A DNA stretch of 64,000 bases, from contig CAYGJY010000002.1 in assembly GCA_964350645.1 (NCBI GenBank), forward strand, positions 161,538-225,537, in the 5' to 3' direction. The first letter of the stretch is position 1, and each line of letters starts with the position of its first letter. Below, in pieces: positions 27,759 through 38,376 of this stretch. Both the position numbers and the translations under genes were made by a program. Below the pieces are notes generated by a model. It ran no database searches. It saw only the letters and a list, made by a program, of their open reading frames with translations, and was not told where the DNA came from. The stretch is from an uncultured Candidatus Saccharibacteria bacterium. Lineage in GTDB: Bacteria > Patescibacteriota > Minisyncoccia > Phycocordibacterales > UBA918.

Positions 27759-28895
27759 ATGTCGTTACCAAAAATTGCTGACCAAAAAGATTTGGTTGGA
27801 AAAAAAGTGTTTGTCCGCACTAACCTCAACGTGCCGATTGAAGACGGAAAGGTTCTCGACCAGTTTCGGTTGTTACGAGGGTTATCAACCATTACGTATT
27901 TGGTTGAACAGGGAGCCAAAGTCATTCTCGCTGGTCATATTGGTCGCGAGCCAGAAAACACATTATTGCCGGTATATGAAGTACTCCAGGAACATCTCAA
28001 CATTCGATTTTCTGGTGATGTCGGTGGACCAGATACCGCAAATGTTGTTGATGAAATGGAAAACGGTCAGGTAGTGTTAATGGAAAACCTGCGACGCGAT
28101 CCGCGTGAAACTCAAAATGACCCTGAGTTTGTCAGGCAGTTAGCGTCTTTGGCTGATATCTATGTTAATGATGATTTTGCCGTGTCACATCGGGCACATG
28201 CTTCAATGGTTGGATTGCCAGGAGTGCTACCTGCTTTTGTTGGGATTAATTTTGCACATGAAGTAGAGGAGCTGAATAAAGCAATGCAGCCTGCTTCGCC
28301 AAGTCTTTTTCTACTTGGGGGAGCTAAGTTCGAAACCAAGATGCCGCTAGTGGCACGTTATCTTGAAATCTATGATCACGTCTTTGTGGGTGGAGCGCTC
28401 GCCAATGATTTCTTTAAGGCTAAAGGTTTTGAAGTAGGGGAGTCACTTGTATCAGATATTGATCTGACTGGTAACTCAGTTGTAACTCATCCGAAGATTG
28501 TCTTGCCGATTGATGTAACTGTTTCGAGTGGTAGTGGGATTCGTGTTTGTACACCAGAAGATGTGCAGCCTGATGAAAAGATCATGGACGCCGGACCTGC
28601 TACTATCGAGCTCCTCGAAGAAAAACACATCGCTGGAGCCAAAACAATTCTCTGGAATGGGCCATTTGGTGATTACGAACATGGTTTTGGGAAAGAAACT
28701 CGGGCCTGTGCTGTAGCTATTGCTGCTTCGTCCGCGTATTCTGTTATCGGTGGCGGAGATACGGTGGCGGCCATCGAAGAGTTGCATAACCAAGATCAGT
28801 ACAGTTTCTTATCGACGGCAGGGGGAGCGATGCTGACATTTCTCGAACATGGCACCTTGCCAGCTATTGAAGCAATTGAAGTGTCTCAGGCGTAA
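27759..28895 (+). CDS. pgk: Phosphoglycerate kinase
   Basis: NVP, HRAHAS, WNGP and GGGDT motifs. Confidence 0.97.
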   Translation: MSLPKIADQKDLVGKKVFVRTNLNVPIEDGKVLDQFRLLRGLSTITYLVEQGAKVILAGHIGREPENTLLPVYEVLQEHLNIRFSGDVGGPDTANVVDEMENGQVVLMENLRRDPRETQNDPEFVRQLASLADIYVNDDFAVSHRAHASMVGLPGVLPAFVGINFAHEVEELNKAMQPASPSLFLLGGAKFETKMPLVARYLEIYDHVFVGGALANDFFKAKGFEVGESLVSDIDLTGNSVVTHPKIVLPIDVTVSSGSGIRVCTPEDVQPDEKIMDAGPATIELLEEKHIAGAKTILWNGPFGDYEHGFGKETRACAVAIAASSAYSVIGGGDTVAAIEELHNQDQYSFLSTAGGAMLTFLEHGTLPAIEAIEVSQA

Positions 28896-28898
28896 GTC

Positions 28899-29402
28899 AT
28901 GATTGAGTATCATCCAGTTGTTGAAAAAATAAAACAGCTTCTCGATCAGCATCAGTGTGCATATAGTACATTTGAACATGAAGCGGTTCGGACTAGTGAG
29001 GAAGCAGCAGCGTTACGACCAGAGTATACGCTCGCGCAAGGAGCCAAAGCACTGATTGTACGGATTAAGAGAAAAGGTATGTCGGAAGCAGACGAAAAGC
29101 AATTTGTGCAGATTGTGGTACCGGGTGATGCGAAGTTTGATCCCAAAAAAGCTCGACGGGTTTTAGCTGCAAAAGATATCCGGTTTGCGTTACCCGAAGA
29201 AGTGGCTGAAGTGACTAACGGTGTGCAGCCCGGAGGGGTACCACCATTTGGAAATTTGTTTGGGTTGCCGGTGTATGTCGACGAGACGTTATGTAAAAAT
29301 GATGTGATTATTTTTAACGCTGGAGATCGTCGTTATTCGATTGCGTTAACGTGTGCTGATTATGTACGGGTAGTTGAACCTGAAGTGGTTGATATTGTGT
29401 AA
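28899..29402 (+). CDS. YbaK/ProX-family aminoacyl-tRNA deacylase
   Basis: GAKAL, GGVPPFG and FNAG motifs. Confidence 0.9.
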   Translation: MIEYHPVVEKIKQLLDQHQCAYSTFEHEAVRTSEEAAALRPEYTLAQGAKALIVRIKRKGMSEADEKQFVQIVVPGDAKFDPKKARRVLAAKDIRFALPEEVAEVTNGVQPGGVPPFGNLFGLPVYVDETLCKNDVIIFNAGDRRYSIALTCADYVRVVEPEVVDIV

Positions 29403-29446
29403 TACCTATTAAAAGACCGGCGCCCTTGGGCGTCGGTCTTTTATAG

Positions 29447-29860
29447 TTATTCTTCGTCTTCGATGGCTGCTTGAATTTGGGTGGCTATTAGAGAGAGTTC
29501 AGCATCGGGCATTTCTTCACCGAGATGGATTTTTTGACCTAGCGGCCGGTCACTGTCCTGCAGGGGATAAAGCTTTATATGAACGTGGGGGACGTCAAAG
29601 CCTTCCACTACCAAACAAGTACGTACAGTGCCAAGGGCCGCATCTGAAGCTTGGGCGACCTTTTTGGCTACCATGAAGATGTGTTGGTAAGTTTTGTCAT
29701 CGAGCGCAAAAGTGTAGTCAGTTTCCACTTTAGGAATTACGAGTGATTGGCCTTTCACTGTGGGAAACTTGTCTAAAATTGCCACACAGATATCATCTTC
29801 ATAAAAAATATGCCCGGGAATTTCGCGGTTGATGATTTTGGTAAAAATTGAAGCTGCCAT
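29447..29860 (-). CDS. HIT family protein
   Basis: SIFTKII and VPHVHIK motifs. Confidence 0.9.
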   Translation of the reverse strand: MAASIFTKIINREIPGHIFYEDDICVAILDKFPTVKGQSLVIPKVETDYTFALDDKTYQHIFMVAKKVAQASDAALGTVRTCLVVEGFDVPHVHIKLYPLQDSDRPLGQKIHLGEEMPDAELSLIATQIQAAIEDEE

Positions 29861-29910
29861 AGTTGTACGCGGTTTACCTGAATAAGTGCTCACATGATAT
29901 CATAGCCACT

Positions 29911-31620
29911 ATGACTCGCTACCGCTTGGCCGATCCGACCCCAACGAGCACTGCAACGGCTCTCGCTCATCTCGATACGCTTACTCAGCAGCTTCTCCAT
30001 AACCGCAATATTACTGAAGCAGCTGGTGCCGACTGGTTTCTTGAGCCGGACTACGAACGTAGTTTGCATGATCCATTTTTACTGCATCAGATGTCGGAAG
30101 CGGTCGAACGAATTCTCTTGGCAATCAAGAACGATGAACGGGTTGCTATCTTTAGTGACTACGATTGTGACGGTATTCCGGGAGCAGTCATCCTTCACGA
30201 CTTCTTCATGGCAATTGGATTTACCAATTTTACGAATTACATTCCTCATCGGCATTTTGAAGGTTTTGGCGTGAGTGAAGCAGCGGTCGAGAAGTTGGCG
30301 GCTGACGGTGTACAGCTCATGATTACTATTGATTGTGGAACGAGTGATGTTGAGGCAACTGCAGTGGCGATAGCAGCTGGTATTGATGTCGTGATTACTG
30401 ATCATCATGAGCCAAAGGCAGTCTTGCCTGCCGCACTGGCGATTGTAAATCCAAAACTTGGCGACACATATCCCTTTGATGGCTTGTGTGGAGCAGGAGT
30501 GATATTTAAGGTCGTGCAAGCGCTGATCGAACGGGGACATGCGGCAAAGCAATTTTCCGTTCCAGTCGGTTATGAGAAATGGTGGCTTGATATGGTTGGG
30601 ATCGCGACGATTGCTGACATGGTGCCATTGCTCGATGAAAATCGTGTTTTTGCCCGCTATGGCTTACAGGTACTGCGGAAGTCACGCCGACCTGGCTTAC
30701 AACAACTACTGCGTAAAAATCGCGCCAGTCAACGACATCTTACAGAAGATGATATTGGTTTTACGATTGGTCCACGTATTAACGCCGCCTCGCGTATGGG
30801 TTCTCCCCAAGAAGCGTTTCAACTACTCTCGACCCGTGATGAGGGGTTGGCCGGTGCCCACGTCGATAGTTTGGAAAAACTCAACAATGAACGAAAAGGA
30901 TTGGTTGCAACGATGACCAAAGAAATTCACGCTAAGATGAAACGACTCGACACCATTCCAGACGTTATTGTGATGGGAAATCCTGATTGGCGACCGTCGC
31001 TCGTTGGTCTTGCTGCTAATAAGTTAGCGGAAGAATACAATAAGCCGGCTTTTCTGTGGGGTCGTGACGGACACGGTGTAATTAAGGGTTCGTGTCGCTC
31101 GAATGGCACTGTGAGTGTGGTGCGATTGATGGAATCGCTCAGCGAGACCCTCTTAGAACATGGCGGACATCATATGTCTGGGGGATTTGCGGTTGCCGAC
31201 GAACATATTCATACCTTTTCAGGACGATTACATGAAGCGTATCAAACACTTGGAGAAGCGGCGTTAATTGATGAAGAGGTGGTGCTCGATGCGACACTGA
31301 CGCTTGAAGATATTAATCGTGATCTCCTTCGGGTACACGCTGCTTTAGCGCCATTTGGACACAGTAACCCAAAGCCGCTGTATGAATTTAAAAATATCAC
31401 ACCAACTGAAGTGCATTTGTTTGGTAAAGGCAAAGAGCATTTAAAATTGAATTTTATGTCACGAACTGGCGCAGTTGAAGCAATCGCTTTTTTTCGAACT
31501 GAAGAAAATTGGACGCGCCGGCCGGAGGCCGGCGCGTCTCTTACTCTCATCGGCCACGTCGAACAATCTTTTTTTATGGGCCGCATGCAAACTCGGATCA
31601 GGATTATCGATATTTTATAA
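29911..31620 (+). CDS. recJ: ssDNA exonuclease RecJ
   Basis: DYDCDG, DHH, PRINAASR and GGH motifs. Confidence 0.96.
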   Translation: MTRYRLADPTPTSTATALAHLDTLTQQLLHNRNITEAAGADWFLEPDYERSLHDPFLLHQMSEAVERILLAIKNDERVAIFSDYDCDGIPGAVILHDFFMAIGFTNFTNYIPHRHFEGFGVSEAAVEKLAADGVQLMITIDCGTSDVEATAVAIAAGIDVVITDHHEPKAVLPAALAIVNPKLGDTYPFDGLCGAGVIFKVVQALIERGHAAKQFSVPVGYEKWWLDMVGIATIADMVPLLDENRVFARYGLQVLRKSRRPGLQQLLRKNRASQRHLTEDDIGFTIGPRINAASRMGSPQEAFQLLSTRDEGLAGAHVDSLEKLNNERKGLVATMTKEIHAKMKRLDTIPDVIVMGNPDWRPSLVGLAANKLAEEYNKPAFLWGRDGHGVIKGSCRSNGTVSVVRLMESLSETLLEHGGHHMSGGFAVADEHIHTFSGRLHEAYQTLGEAALIDEEVVLDATLTLEDINRDLLRVHAALAPFGHSNPKPLYEFKNITPTEVHLFGKGKEHLKLNFMSRTGAVEAIAFFRTEENWTRRPEAGASLTLIGHVEQSFFMGRMQTRIRIIDIL

Positions 31621-31641
31621 TCTAATGCTATAGTAATCCCT

Positions 31642-32055
31642 ATGAAAAAAATCACAGTCTTTACTGATGGTGGCGCGCGCGGCAACCCAGGGCCAGCAGC
31701 TATTGGGGTGCAGGTACTTGATGACAGTAACGAAGTTGTGACCGAGGTGTCGCAAACGATCGGTGAAGCGACCAACAATGTCGCTGAGTACACGGCAGTC
31801 AAAGTTGCCATGGAACATTTAAAACAAGTTTTTCCTGACACCAAAGCACTCCAGGTATTATGTAAACTCGATAGTCAGTTAGTCGAGCGTCAGCTAGGTG
31901 GTGCTTATAAAATCAAAGATCAAAATTTGAAGATCTACGTCGACGCGATTAAAGTTTTGGAACATGAATTTTCATCTGTCACCTATGAGCATATTCCCCG
32001 CAGTGAAAACAAAGAAGCTGATCGGTTGGTGAATGAGGCCCTTGACGCAGCATAG
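31642..32055 (+). CDS. rnhA: Ribonuclease HI
   Basis: DGGARGNPG, TNNVAEY and NKEAD motifs. Confidence 0.93.
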   Translation: MKKITVFTDGGARGNPGPAAIGVQVLDDSNEVVTEVSQTIGEATNNVAEYTAVKVAMEHLKQVFPDTKALQVLCKLDSQLVERQLGGAYKIKDQNLKIYVDAIKVLEHEFSSVTYEHIPRSENKEADRLVNEALDAA

Positions 32056-32118
32056 TTTTGTGACTACCGACCCGGCTTACTTCAGCGCCTGGGCTACACT
32101 TTTTGCTACACTTGGAAT

Positions 32119-33684
32119 ATGCCGGTGTGGTTTTTTTATATAGCAACGCTTAGTTTTGCGCTCGGGATTGCGCTCTGTTCGTTTGTACCGCTTGGTCTAC
32201 CCGATATACTTTTTATACTGATGATGAGTTTTGGGGTGGGGGTTGTAGCGGGCCGGAGAAGCTCTGCTTCCTCGGCCCGCTACGGCTGGTTGATCAGTAT
32301 ATTTTTAGTGGCATTAGCACTGGGTATTTTGCGCATGGACATTGCTACCTGGTCAGCAGTAGAATCTCCGTGGCCAACGTTGGTAGATACTGAAGTATTA
32401 GTCACTGGCATTATAGTTCGTGAACCAGATATTCGTGAGACCAGCGTGCAGCTCTATACACAAGTTGATAATGAATTATTGCTTGTTACTACTGATCGAT
32501 TTCAATCATTTACCTACGGCGATGAAATAACTGTTTCTGGCACACTGACTAAACCAGTAGCCTTCGAAACTGATCTGGGACGTACCTTTAATTATCCTGG
32601 GTATCTTGAAGCTCGTGGTGTGTCGTATATGATCCGATTTGCGGAGGTCACAGGGGTATCAGCTGGGAATGGCAATCCAATATTGGCGACACTTTTAACT
32701 TTTAAATATGAGTTTATGCGTGTTCTTGAAGGCCAACTGCCTGAGCCACAGGTGGGTTTGGCCGAAGGGTTATTGCTTGGTGTGAAGCGTGCTCTTGGCA
32801 CTGAACTTGAGTCTGCGTTTCGCAGTACGGGCATTATTCACATTGTCGTGCTGTCTGGGTACAACGTCATGCTTGTGGTGGCTTTTGTCACGTACATCTT
32901 GGCATTTATTATTCCATTTCGCTACCGAGTCTTTTTTGGTGTTGGAGCTATCATCGCCTTTGCGCTCATGGTTGGTTTGTCTGCAACGGTCGTACGCGCG
33001 AGTATCATGGCCTGTTTAATACTCATTGCCAAAGCCACTAATCGTATTTATATGGTGTTGCGGGCACTTCTGCTTGCTGGAACAGTGATGCTTATCTTGA
33101 ACCCATATCTGCTTATCTACGATACAGGTTTCCAGCTTTCATTTATGGCGACTCTTGGTTTGATCTTGGTTGCGCCATATCTAGAAGAGCGATTAACACT
33201 TATGCCAAAAAGTATCGGACTGCGGGAATTTTTGACAGCTACGCTTGCCACGCAAATCTTTGTATTACCGATATTGTTGTACCAGATCGGTGAGTTTTCA
33301 GTGGTAGCTGTGATAGTAAATGTTCTGGTACTACCACTAGTGCCACTCGCGATGCTACTGACGTTTATTACGGGCTTGCTTGGCTTTGTGTCGAGTGCCC
33401 TAGCTTTGCCGTTTGCGTACGCAGCGTATCTATCGCTTACGTACATAATTACCATTGCTACTTGGTTTGCATCTCTACCATTCGCTTCATTTGCCGTACC
33501 AGCGTTTCCGTTTTGGGTAGTGATTGTTTCGTATGCTGGGATTGGATATGGTTTGTGGCGCTATGCGCATCGAGGAGACGCTCTTTTGGAGGCAGAGCTA
33601 GCTGATTGGGTTATTGAAGAAGGACGGTCAGTTGAGGAAAGTGTTGTTTCGAAAACCCACAACACACCAATTTTCTTTCGTTGA
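32119..33684 (+). CDS. comEC: ComEC competence protein, membrane part
   Basis: HIVVLSGYN and GFQLSF motifs. Confidence 0.93.
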   Translation: MPVWFFYIATLSFALGIALCSFVPLGLPDILFILMMSFGVGVVAGRRSSASSARYGWLISIFLVALALGILRMDIATWSAVESPWPTLVDTEVLVTGIIVREPDIRETSVQLYTQVDNELLLVTTDRFQSFTYGDEITVSGTLTKPVAFETDLGRTFNYPGYLEARGVSYMIRFAEVTGVSAGNGNPILATLLTFKYEFMRVLEGQLPEPQVGLAEGLLLGVKRALGTELESAFRSTGIIHIVVLSGYNVMLVVAFVTYILAFIIPFRYRVFFGVGAIIAFALMVGLSATVVRASIMACLILIAKATNRIYMVLRALLLAGTVMLILNPYLLIYDTGFQLSFMATLGLILVAPYLEERLTLMPKSIGLREFLTATLATQIFVLPILLYQIGEFSVVAVIVNVLVLPLVPLAMLLTFITGLLGFVSSALALPFAYAAYLSLTYIITIATWFASLPFASFAVPAFPFWVVIVSYAGIGYGLWRYAHRGDALLEAELADWVIEEGRSVEESVVSKTHNTPIFFR

Positions 33685-33712
33685 GTACCATAGCTTGCGT
33701 TATAATAAAGAC

Positions 33713-34297
33713 ATGAAAAAATTACCAATTTGGGAAACGTTCGAAGCAGGCTTCGAACACTTTACTCGCCGTGGCTGGTATCTCGCCGGCCTTACTGCTG
33801 CGGTATTACCATTATCACTTTTTGTTGTGGGCGACGCTGTTACTACAGCACTCTATAGTATTTTATTCGTAGGATATATTTCACTCTTACTTAAACATGC
33901 CCGCCAAGAGACAATCACCTTCGACGATTTGTTTGTAACTGATAATCGCTGGATTTATTATGCTTTTGGGTCAGTGATAAAAGCATTGTTAGTCATCTTG
34001 GGGTTACTTTTGTTTGTTGTTCCAGGGATCTACTTGTCGATTCGATGGATGTTTAGCGATATGTATATTTTAGATAAAGGCATGCGTCCCATTGAGGCGC
34101 TGAAAGCTAGTAGTGAACTTACTAAACACTATTGGTGGCCGTTGTTTTGGTTCTCAATGTTGACACTGGTGATCATTTTGTTTGGCGTGTTGGCGCTTGG
34201 AGTCGGATTGTTTGTGGCCGTGCCGGTGACTGGGCTTAGTTATATTCTACTGTTTTGGAAACTGCAGGAAATTCAGTATCTCAATAGCCAAGGGTAA
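33713..34297 (+). CDS. Integral membrane protein
   Basis: PGIY...ALKASSEL motif; TATAAT 6 nt before the ATG. Confidence 0.8.
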   Translation: MKKLPIWETFEAGFEHFTRRGWYLAGLTAAVLPLSLFVVGDAVTTALYSILFVGYISLLLKHARQETITFDDLFVTDNRWIYYAFGSVIKALLVILGLLLFVVPGIYLSIRWMFSDMYILDKGMRPIEALKASSELTKHYWWPLFWFSMLTLVIILFGVLALGVGLFVAVPVTGLSYILLFWKLQEIQYLNSQG

Positions 34298-34348
34298 ATA
34301 ATACAAAAAACGGCCGGAGCCAAAGGCTCCGGCCGTTTTTTGTATTAT

Positions 34349-34906
34349 CTATACTCGCGACGCCACAACTTCCCAATTAAGGTTTTTGAAGAAGGCTTCA
34401 ATGTAGTTTTTCTTCTCGCTCGGTGCATAGTCGAGCATATATGAATGTTCCCACATATCGAGTGCCAAGACGAGCTCAACATTAGTTAATTGCCCAAGGT
34501 GTTGCTCATCAACCCAAGTGCAGACAAGTGTATTAGTCGAGCGATCGATACAGCACATTGCCCAACCAACACCACGAGTAGCGGCGATTCCTTTTAGGTG
34601 GTCAATAAAATTATCGAGTGAAGCAAATTGCTGTTCCACCAACGTCAGGAAGGATCCTTCTGGACAGGCAGCTGCTCCTCCTTCAAATTGAGCAAAGTAG
34701 CACTCGTGGTTTTTCATGCCACCAAACTCGAAGCCAAGCCGTCGTTGCATCTCTGCTTTAGCGTATGAATCAGTTACATTCGCTAATTCAGCGTGAATGT
34801 GGTTCACGTGCTTCACGTAACCAGTATAGAGACCAACGTGCTCTTCAATTGTTCGACTTGAGATACCGTCTAGTTCTGGGATAGAAAATGTTTTTGCTTC
34901 GTACAT
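34349..34906 (-). CDS. sod: Fe/Mn superoxide dismutase family protein
   Basis: DMWEHSY motif. Confidence 0.9.
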   Translation of the reverse strand: MYEAKTFSIPELDGISSRTIEEHVGLYTGYVKHVNHIHAELANVTDSYAKAEMQRRLGFEFGGMKNHECYFAQFEGGAAACPEGSFLTLVEQQFASLDNFIDHLKGIAATRGVGWAMCCIDRSTNTLVCTWVDEQHLGQLTNVELVLALDMWEHSYMLDYAPSEKKNYIEAFFKNLNWEVVASRV

Positions 34907-34960
34907 ACGTTATGAGAATAAGTCATTATTTTTAAGTACTTACGATTGTATCATAAGCTT

Positions 34961-35824
34961 ATGTCTGATCAGATTATCCGTTTACGGCTCTTGGTGCTCT
35001 TGTTTCTCACTGCTGCTAGCATGGGCACCTGGGTGGTGCTTGCTGCTCCACTTGATGACTCGAGCTCGTTACTGCAGGTGCATTTTTTAGATGTGGGCCA
35101 GGGAGATGCAATTTTTGTTGCTACGCCTGATGGAGTGCACGTACTGATTGATGGTGGTCGGGATGCGAGTGTCTTGCGGGAGTTAGGGCGAGAAATGTCA
35201 GTGGCAGATCGGAGTATTGATATGGTGGTAGCGACGCATCCAGACGCTGATCATATTGGTGGGTTGGTTGCTGTTTTGGAGCGTTATGACATTGCTAGGA
35301 TTCTTATGACTGAAAATCAGTCAGACAGCCAGGTAGCTACTCGATTTAATGAGGAGATTAATAAAGAAGGCGTCGATGTAGTGTTTGCTCGTCGCGGTCA
35401 GGTGTGGCAGCTGGGGGCTTCAACGACGCTTGAAGTTTTGTTTCCTGAGACTGATCCGAAGGATCTAGAAAGCAATACAAGTTCGATTGTACTGCAGCTT
35501 AAGTATGGTGAAGTTGAGTTTATGTTGACGGGAGATTCACCCAAAAGTATTGAAGAATATTTAGTGCTTCGCGATGGTGAGCATTTAGAGAGTGAAGTGC
35601 TTAAAGTTGGTCACCACGGATCCCGAACTTCAACCTCAGAATTGTTTTTGGGAGAAGTAAATCCACGGTATGCTGTAATTTCAGCTAGTGCTGACAATTC
35701 GTACGGTCACCCACATAGTGAGGTGACGGACATGTTATTTAACAACCGAGTGGAAACGCTGAGCACTGCCGAGTCAGGGACGATCACTTTTTATAGTGAT
35801 GGAGAGGAGGTGTGGCTTGAGTAG
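34961..35824 (+). CDS. ComEC-type metallo-beta-lactamase domain protein
   Basis: DVGQGD, THPDADHIGG, KVGHHGS and YGHP motifs. Confidence 0.93.
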   Translation: MSDQIIRLRLLVLLFLTAASMGTWVVLAAPLDDSSSLLQVHFLDVGQGDAIFVATPDGVHVLIDGGRDASVLRELGREMSVADRSIDMVVATHPDADHIGGLVAVLERYDIARILMTENQSDSQVATRFNEEINKEGVDVVFARRGQVWQLGASTTLEVLFPETDPKDLESNTSSIVLQLKYGEVEFMLTGDSPKSIEEYLVLRDGEHLESEVLKVGHHGSRTSTSELFLGEVNPRYAVISASADNSYGHPHSEVTDMLFNNRVETLSTAESGTITFYSDGEEVWLE

Positions 35825-35943
35825 TTATACACAGTCTAGCAGGACAAAATAGCGCTGGCGCTATATAAATATATGACAGGAGGCCGGTCCCGCAAGGGAC
35901 CGGCCGTTTCTGTGTCTTTAGTAGTTTAGTAATTAATATACAA

Positions 35944-36651
35944 ATGACGAAACAAGTATTTCGTGCAGAACATATAGCAGCCATTGTGATGGGAGTTGCT
36001 CTATGTCTTGCATTCACTTCAGCAGTTCAGGCTGAAGAAACTAGCGATAATACAGGTGCGGCTATGTCGCAATCTGAAAAGTATGCACAACTCAAAAGCC
36101 TCCAAGAAAAAGTGAAGGCAATGCGAGAGTCTATGCAGGGAGTACGGACAGAAAACCGTGCCATGATAGACGAATTAAAAGAGGAACGTAAAGAAGAAAA
36201 TAAAGCAGTTCGAGTAGAATCGCGCGAAGCTTTTATGGCAGAGATTGCTAATTTAAGTGGCGAAGAGCGGCGAGCTGCGATTATGGCGTATGTCTCAGAA
36301 TTACGTGCACAAGTAGAGGCACGCAAAGCCGAGATGCAAGCCAATCGTGCTGCGTATAAAGAAACCAAAGTAGCTGATCGTGAAGAATTTCAAGCTAGTC
36401 TTGAAGGCCTATCATTGCCAGAGAAGCTGGCGGCGATCCAAGCTCGGTTAGCAGCTATTCGAGCAAATGCCGAAGAGCGAAACGAAAAACTCTCTGATGC
36501 ACTCGATGATGATGCAGAGGATGGTGAAGTAGAAGACGAGTCTGAAGATGAGTCCGATGAAGATTCAGAGGATGAATCTGATGACGAAGAAGACGAAGAA
36601 GGTGAAGACGAGGAAAGTAATGACGATGAGTCAGAGGAAGAGCAGTCATAA
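35944..36651 (+). CDS. Secreted coiled-coil protein with acidic tail
   Basis: Signal peptide; D/E low-complexity C-terminus. Confidence 0.8.
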   Translation: MTKQVFRAEHIAAIVMGVALCLAFTSAVQAEETSDNTGAAMSQSEKYAQLKSLQEKVKAMRESMQGVRTENRAMIDELKEERKEENKAVRVESREAFMAEIANLSGEERRAAIMAYVSELRAQVEARKAEMQANRAAYKETKVADREEFQASLEGLSLPEKLAAIQARLAAIRANAEERNEKLSDALDDDAEDGEVEDESEDESDEDSEDESDDEEDEEGEDEESNDDESEEEQS

Positions 36652-36709
36652 AGACTGAACGTACAAACAAAAAGACCGGCGCCCAAGGGCGCCGGTCTTT
36701 TTGTTTGTC

Positions 36710-36952
36710 TTAGATAAGTTTAGCTTTCTTCAGTACTGCGTACGCGCCGTTTTTGGCGATGGTGCGGATTCCCTTGGTAGAAACCTTAACGGTTACATGT
36801 TTATCAATTTCTGGTACGTAAATTCGTTTCTTTTGGAGGTTTGGTGAACGCTTAACTTTGCCACACGGGTTAAACTGCGTCGCACGAGTGCGGTTACTGT
36901 ATCGGCCTCCAATCTGGGTTTTCTTCCCAGTGATGTCGCATTGCTTTGCCAT
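36710..36952 (-). CDS. rpmB: 50S ribosomal protein L28
   Basis: MAKQCDITGK...PNLQKKRI...STKGIRT. Confidence 0.92.
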   Translation of the reverse strand: MAKQCDITGKKTQIGGRYSNRTRATQFNPCGKVKRSPNLQKKRIYVPEIDKHVTVKVSTKGIRTIAKNGAYAVLKKAKLI

Positions 36953-37036
36953 ATAAGTATCAAATTAGTGGCGCTATCCTACCACAGCAGTTCATTTTAG
37001 CAAGTCATGACATTCATGCTATGCTATTTTGTATCT

Positions 37037-37675
37037 ATGGAACAAATCATTATCATCATCGCGCTGATCATGTCGATCGTTTTACACGAAATGGCCCATG
37101 GCTACGCAGCCAACTGGCTTGGTGACCCGACCGCTCGGTTACAGGGCAGATTGTCCGGTAACCCGATTGTACACATGGACTTACTTGGTTCAGTGATTAT
37201 CCCAGGACTGCTGTTTTTCTCTCAGGCTGGGATTTTGTTTGGCTGGGCCAAACCAGTCCCGTATAACCCCTATAACCTATCAGATCAAAAATATGGCGAA
37301 GCAAAAGTCGCTGCTGCTGGTCCTGCAGTAAATATACTCCTGGCCTTGATCTTTGCTGGATTAATTCGTCTCGCGCCACTACTTGGATTGCCGGGTTCAT
37401 TTATCGAGATCGCTTCATATATAGTGTATCTCAACATCCTTTTAGCGTTCTTTAACATGATTCCGCTGCCGCCACTTGATGGTTCAAAGATTTTGTTAGC
37501 ATTCTTGCCGTTTGGGGCAGCTATGAAATATCGTGAGCTGATGCGTTTAGTGGAGCGCTATGGTTTGTTTATTACCTTCGCCTTTATCTTCATTTTTATC
37601 AATGTCCTTTGGGGGCCATTTTCAGAGGTGGTTGGAGCAGTATTTACACTGTTCACCGGTTTACGGTTCTTTTGA
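37037..37675 (+). CDS. Site-2 protease (M50)
   Basis: HEMAH and NMIPLPPLDG motifs. Confidence 0.95.
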   Translation: MEQIIIIIALIMSIVLHEMAHGYAANWLGDPTARLQGRLSGNPIVHMDLLGSVIIPGLLFFSQAGILFGWAKPVPYNPYNLSDQKYGEAKVAAAGPAVNILLALIFAGLIRLAPLLGLPGSFIEIASYIVYLNILLAFFNMIPLPPLDGSKILLAFLPFGAAMKYRELMRLVERYGLFITFAFIFIFINVLWGPFSEVVGAVFTLFTGLRFF

Positions 37676-37812
37676 TGAATTTTCTATTCATTGTTCTTGG
37701 AATTTGTTTTGTGTAAAGAAACAAATTTGGAACTAAATTCACAATAGTCGTTACTTGCCTTTGTTCATGTATCTTGCAAAATAACCTATTTGTAGTATTC
37801 TTTCGGAGCTTT

Positions 37813-38226
37813 ATGGCAACAATCAATCAATTAACAAAAAATCGTCGACGCGATCCTGAAACGAAATCAAAGCGTGGAGCCCTCCACACTGGTTTCAATA
37901 AGATCAAGAACGCGCCAAACAAATACAACTCACCATTTAAACGTGGTGTGTGTACTCGTGTCACCACGAAGACTCCGCGTAAGCCGAACTCAGCGATTCG
38001 AAAAATCGCTCGTGTGCGTCTCACAAATGGTCAAGAAATTACTGCGTACATTCCTGGTATTGGGCATAGCCTACAGGAGCACTCAGTGGTACTTGTCCGC
38101 GGTGGTCGTGTGAAAGACATTGGAGTCAACTACACAGTTGTACGCGGTAAGTACGATGCTACCGGAGTAGACGCGCGCCGACGAGGCCGCTCACGCTACG
38201 GAGCCAAACGACCAAAGGCTGAATAG
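37813..38226 (+). CDS. rpsL: 30S ribosomal protein S12
   Basis: KPNSAIRK and GHSLQEHS motifs. Confidence 0.98.
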   Translation: MATINQLTKNRRRDPETKSKRGALHTGFNKIKNAPNKYNSPFKRGVCTRVTTKTPRKPNSAIRKIARVRLTNGQEITAYIPGIGHSLQEHSVVLVRGGRVKDIGVNYTVVRGKYDATGVDARRRGRSRYGAKRPKAE

Positions 38227-38376
38227 AGGCCTCATTATAACTAGTCTATATTCGCTTTAGATTATCGGACGCGGTTCAAGCAGTAATGCTTCGGAACCAA
38301 CGTATGCGAAGAATGAAAAACTGATTTGTCATTTTCTCATTCGCAATCTAACGCATTAGTAACCTAATCATTAGTC

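Noticed and set aside
20127-35824. Type IV pilus cluster and split ComEC as a novel system
   Set aside because: This is a standard, well-described feature of CPR genomes.
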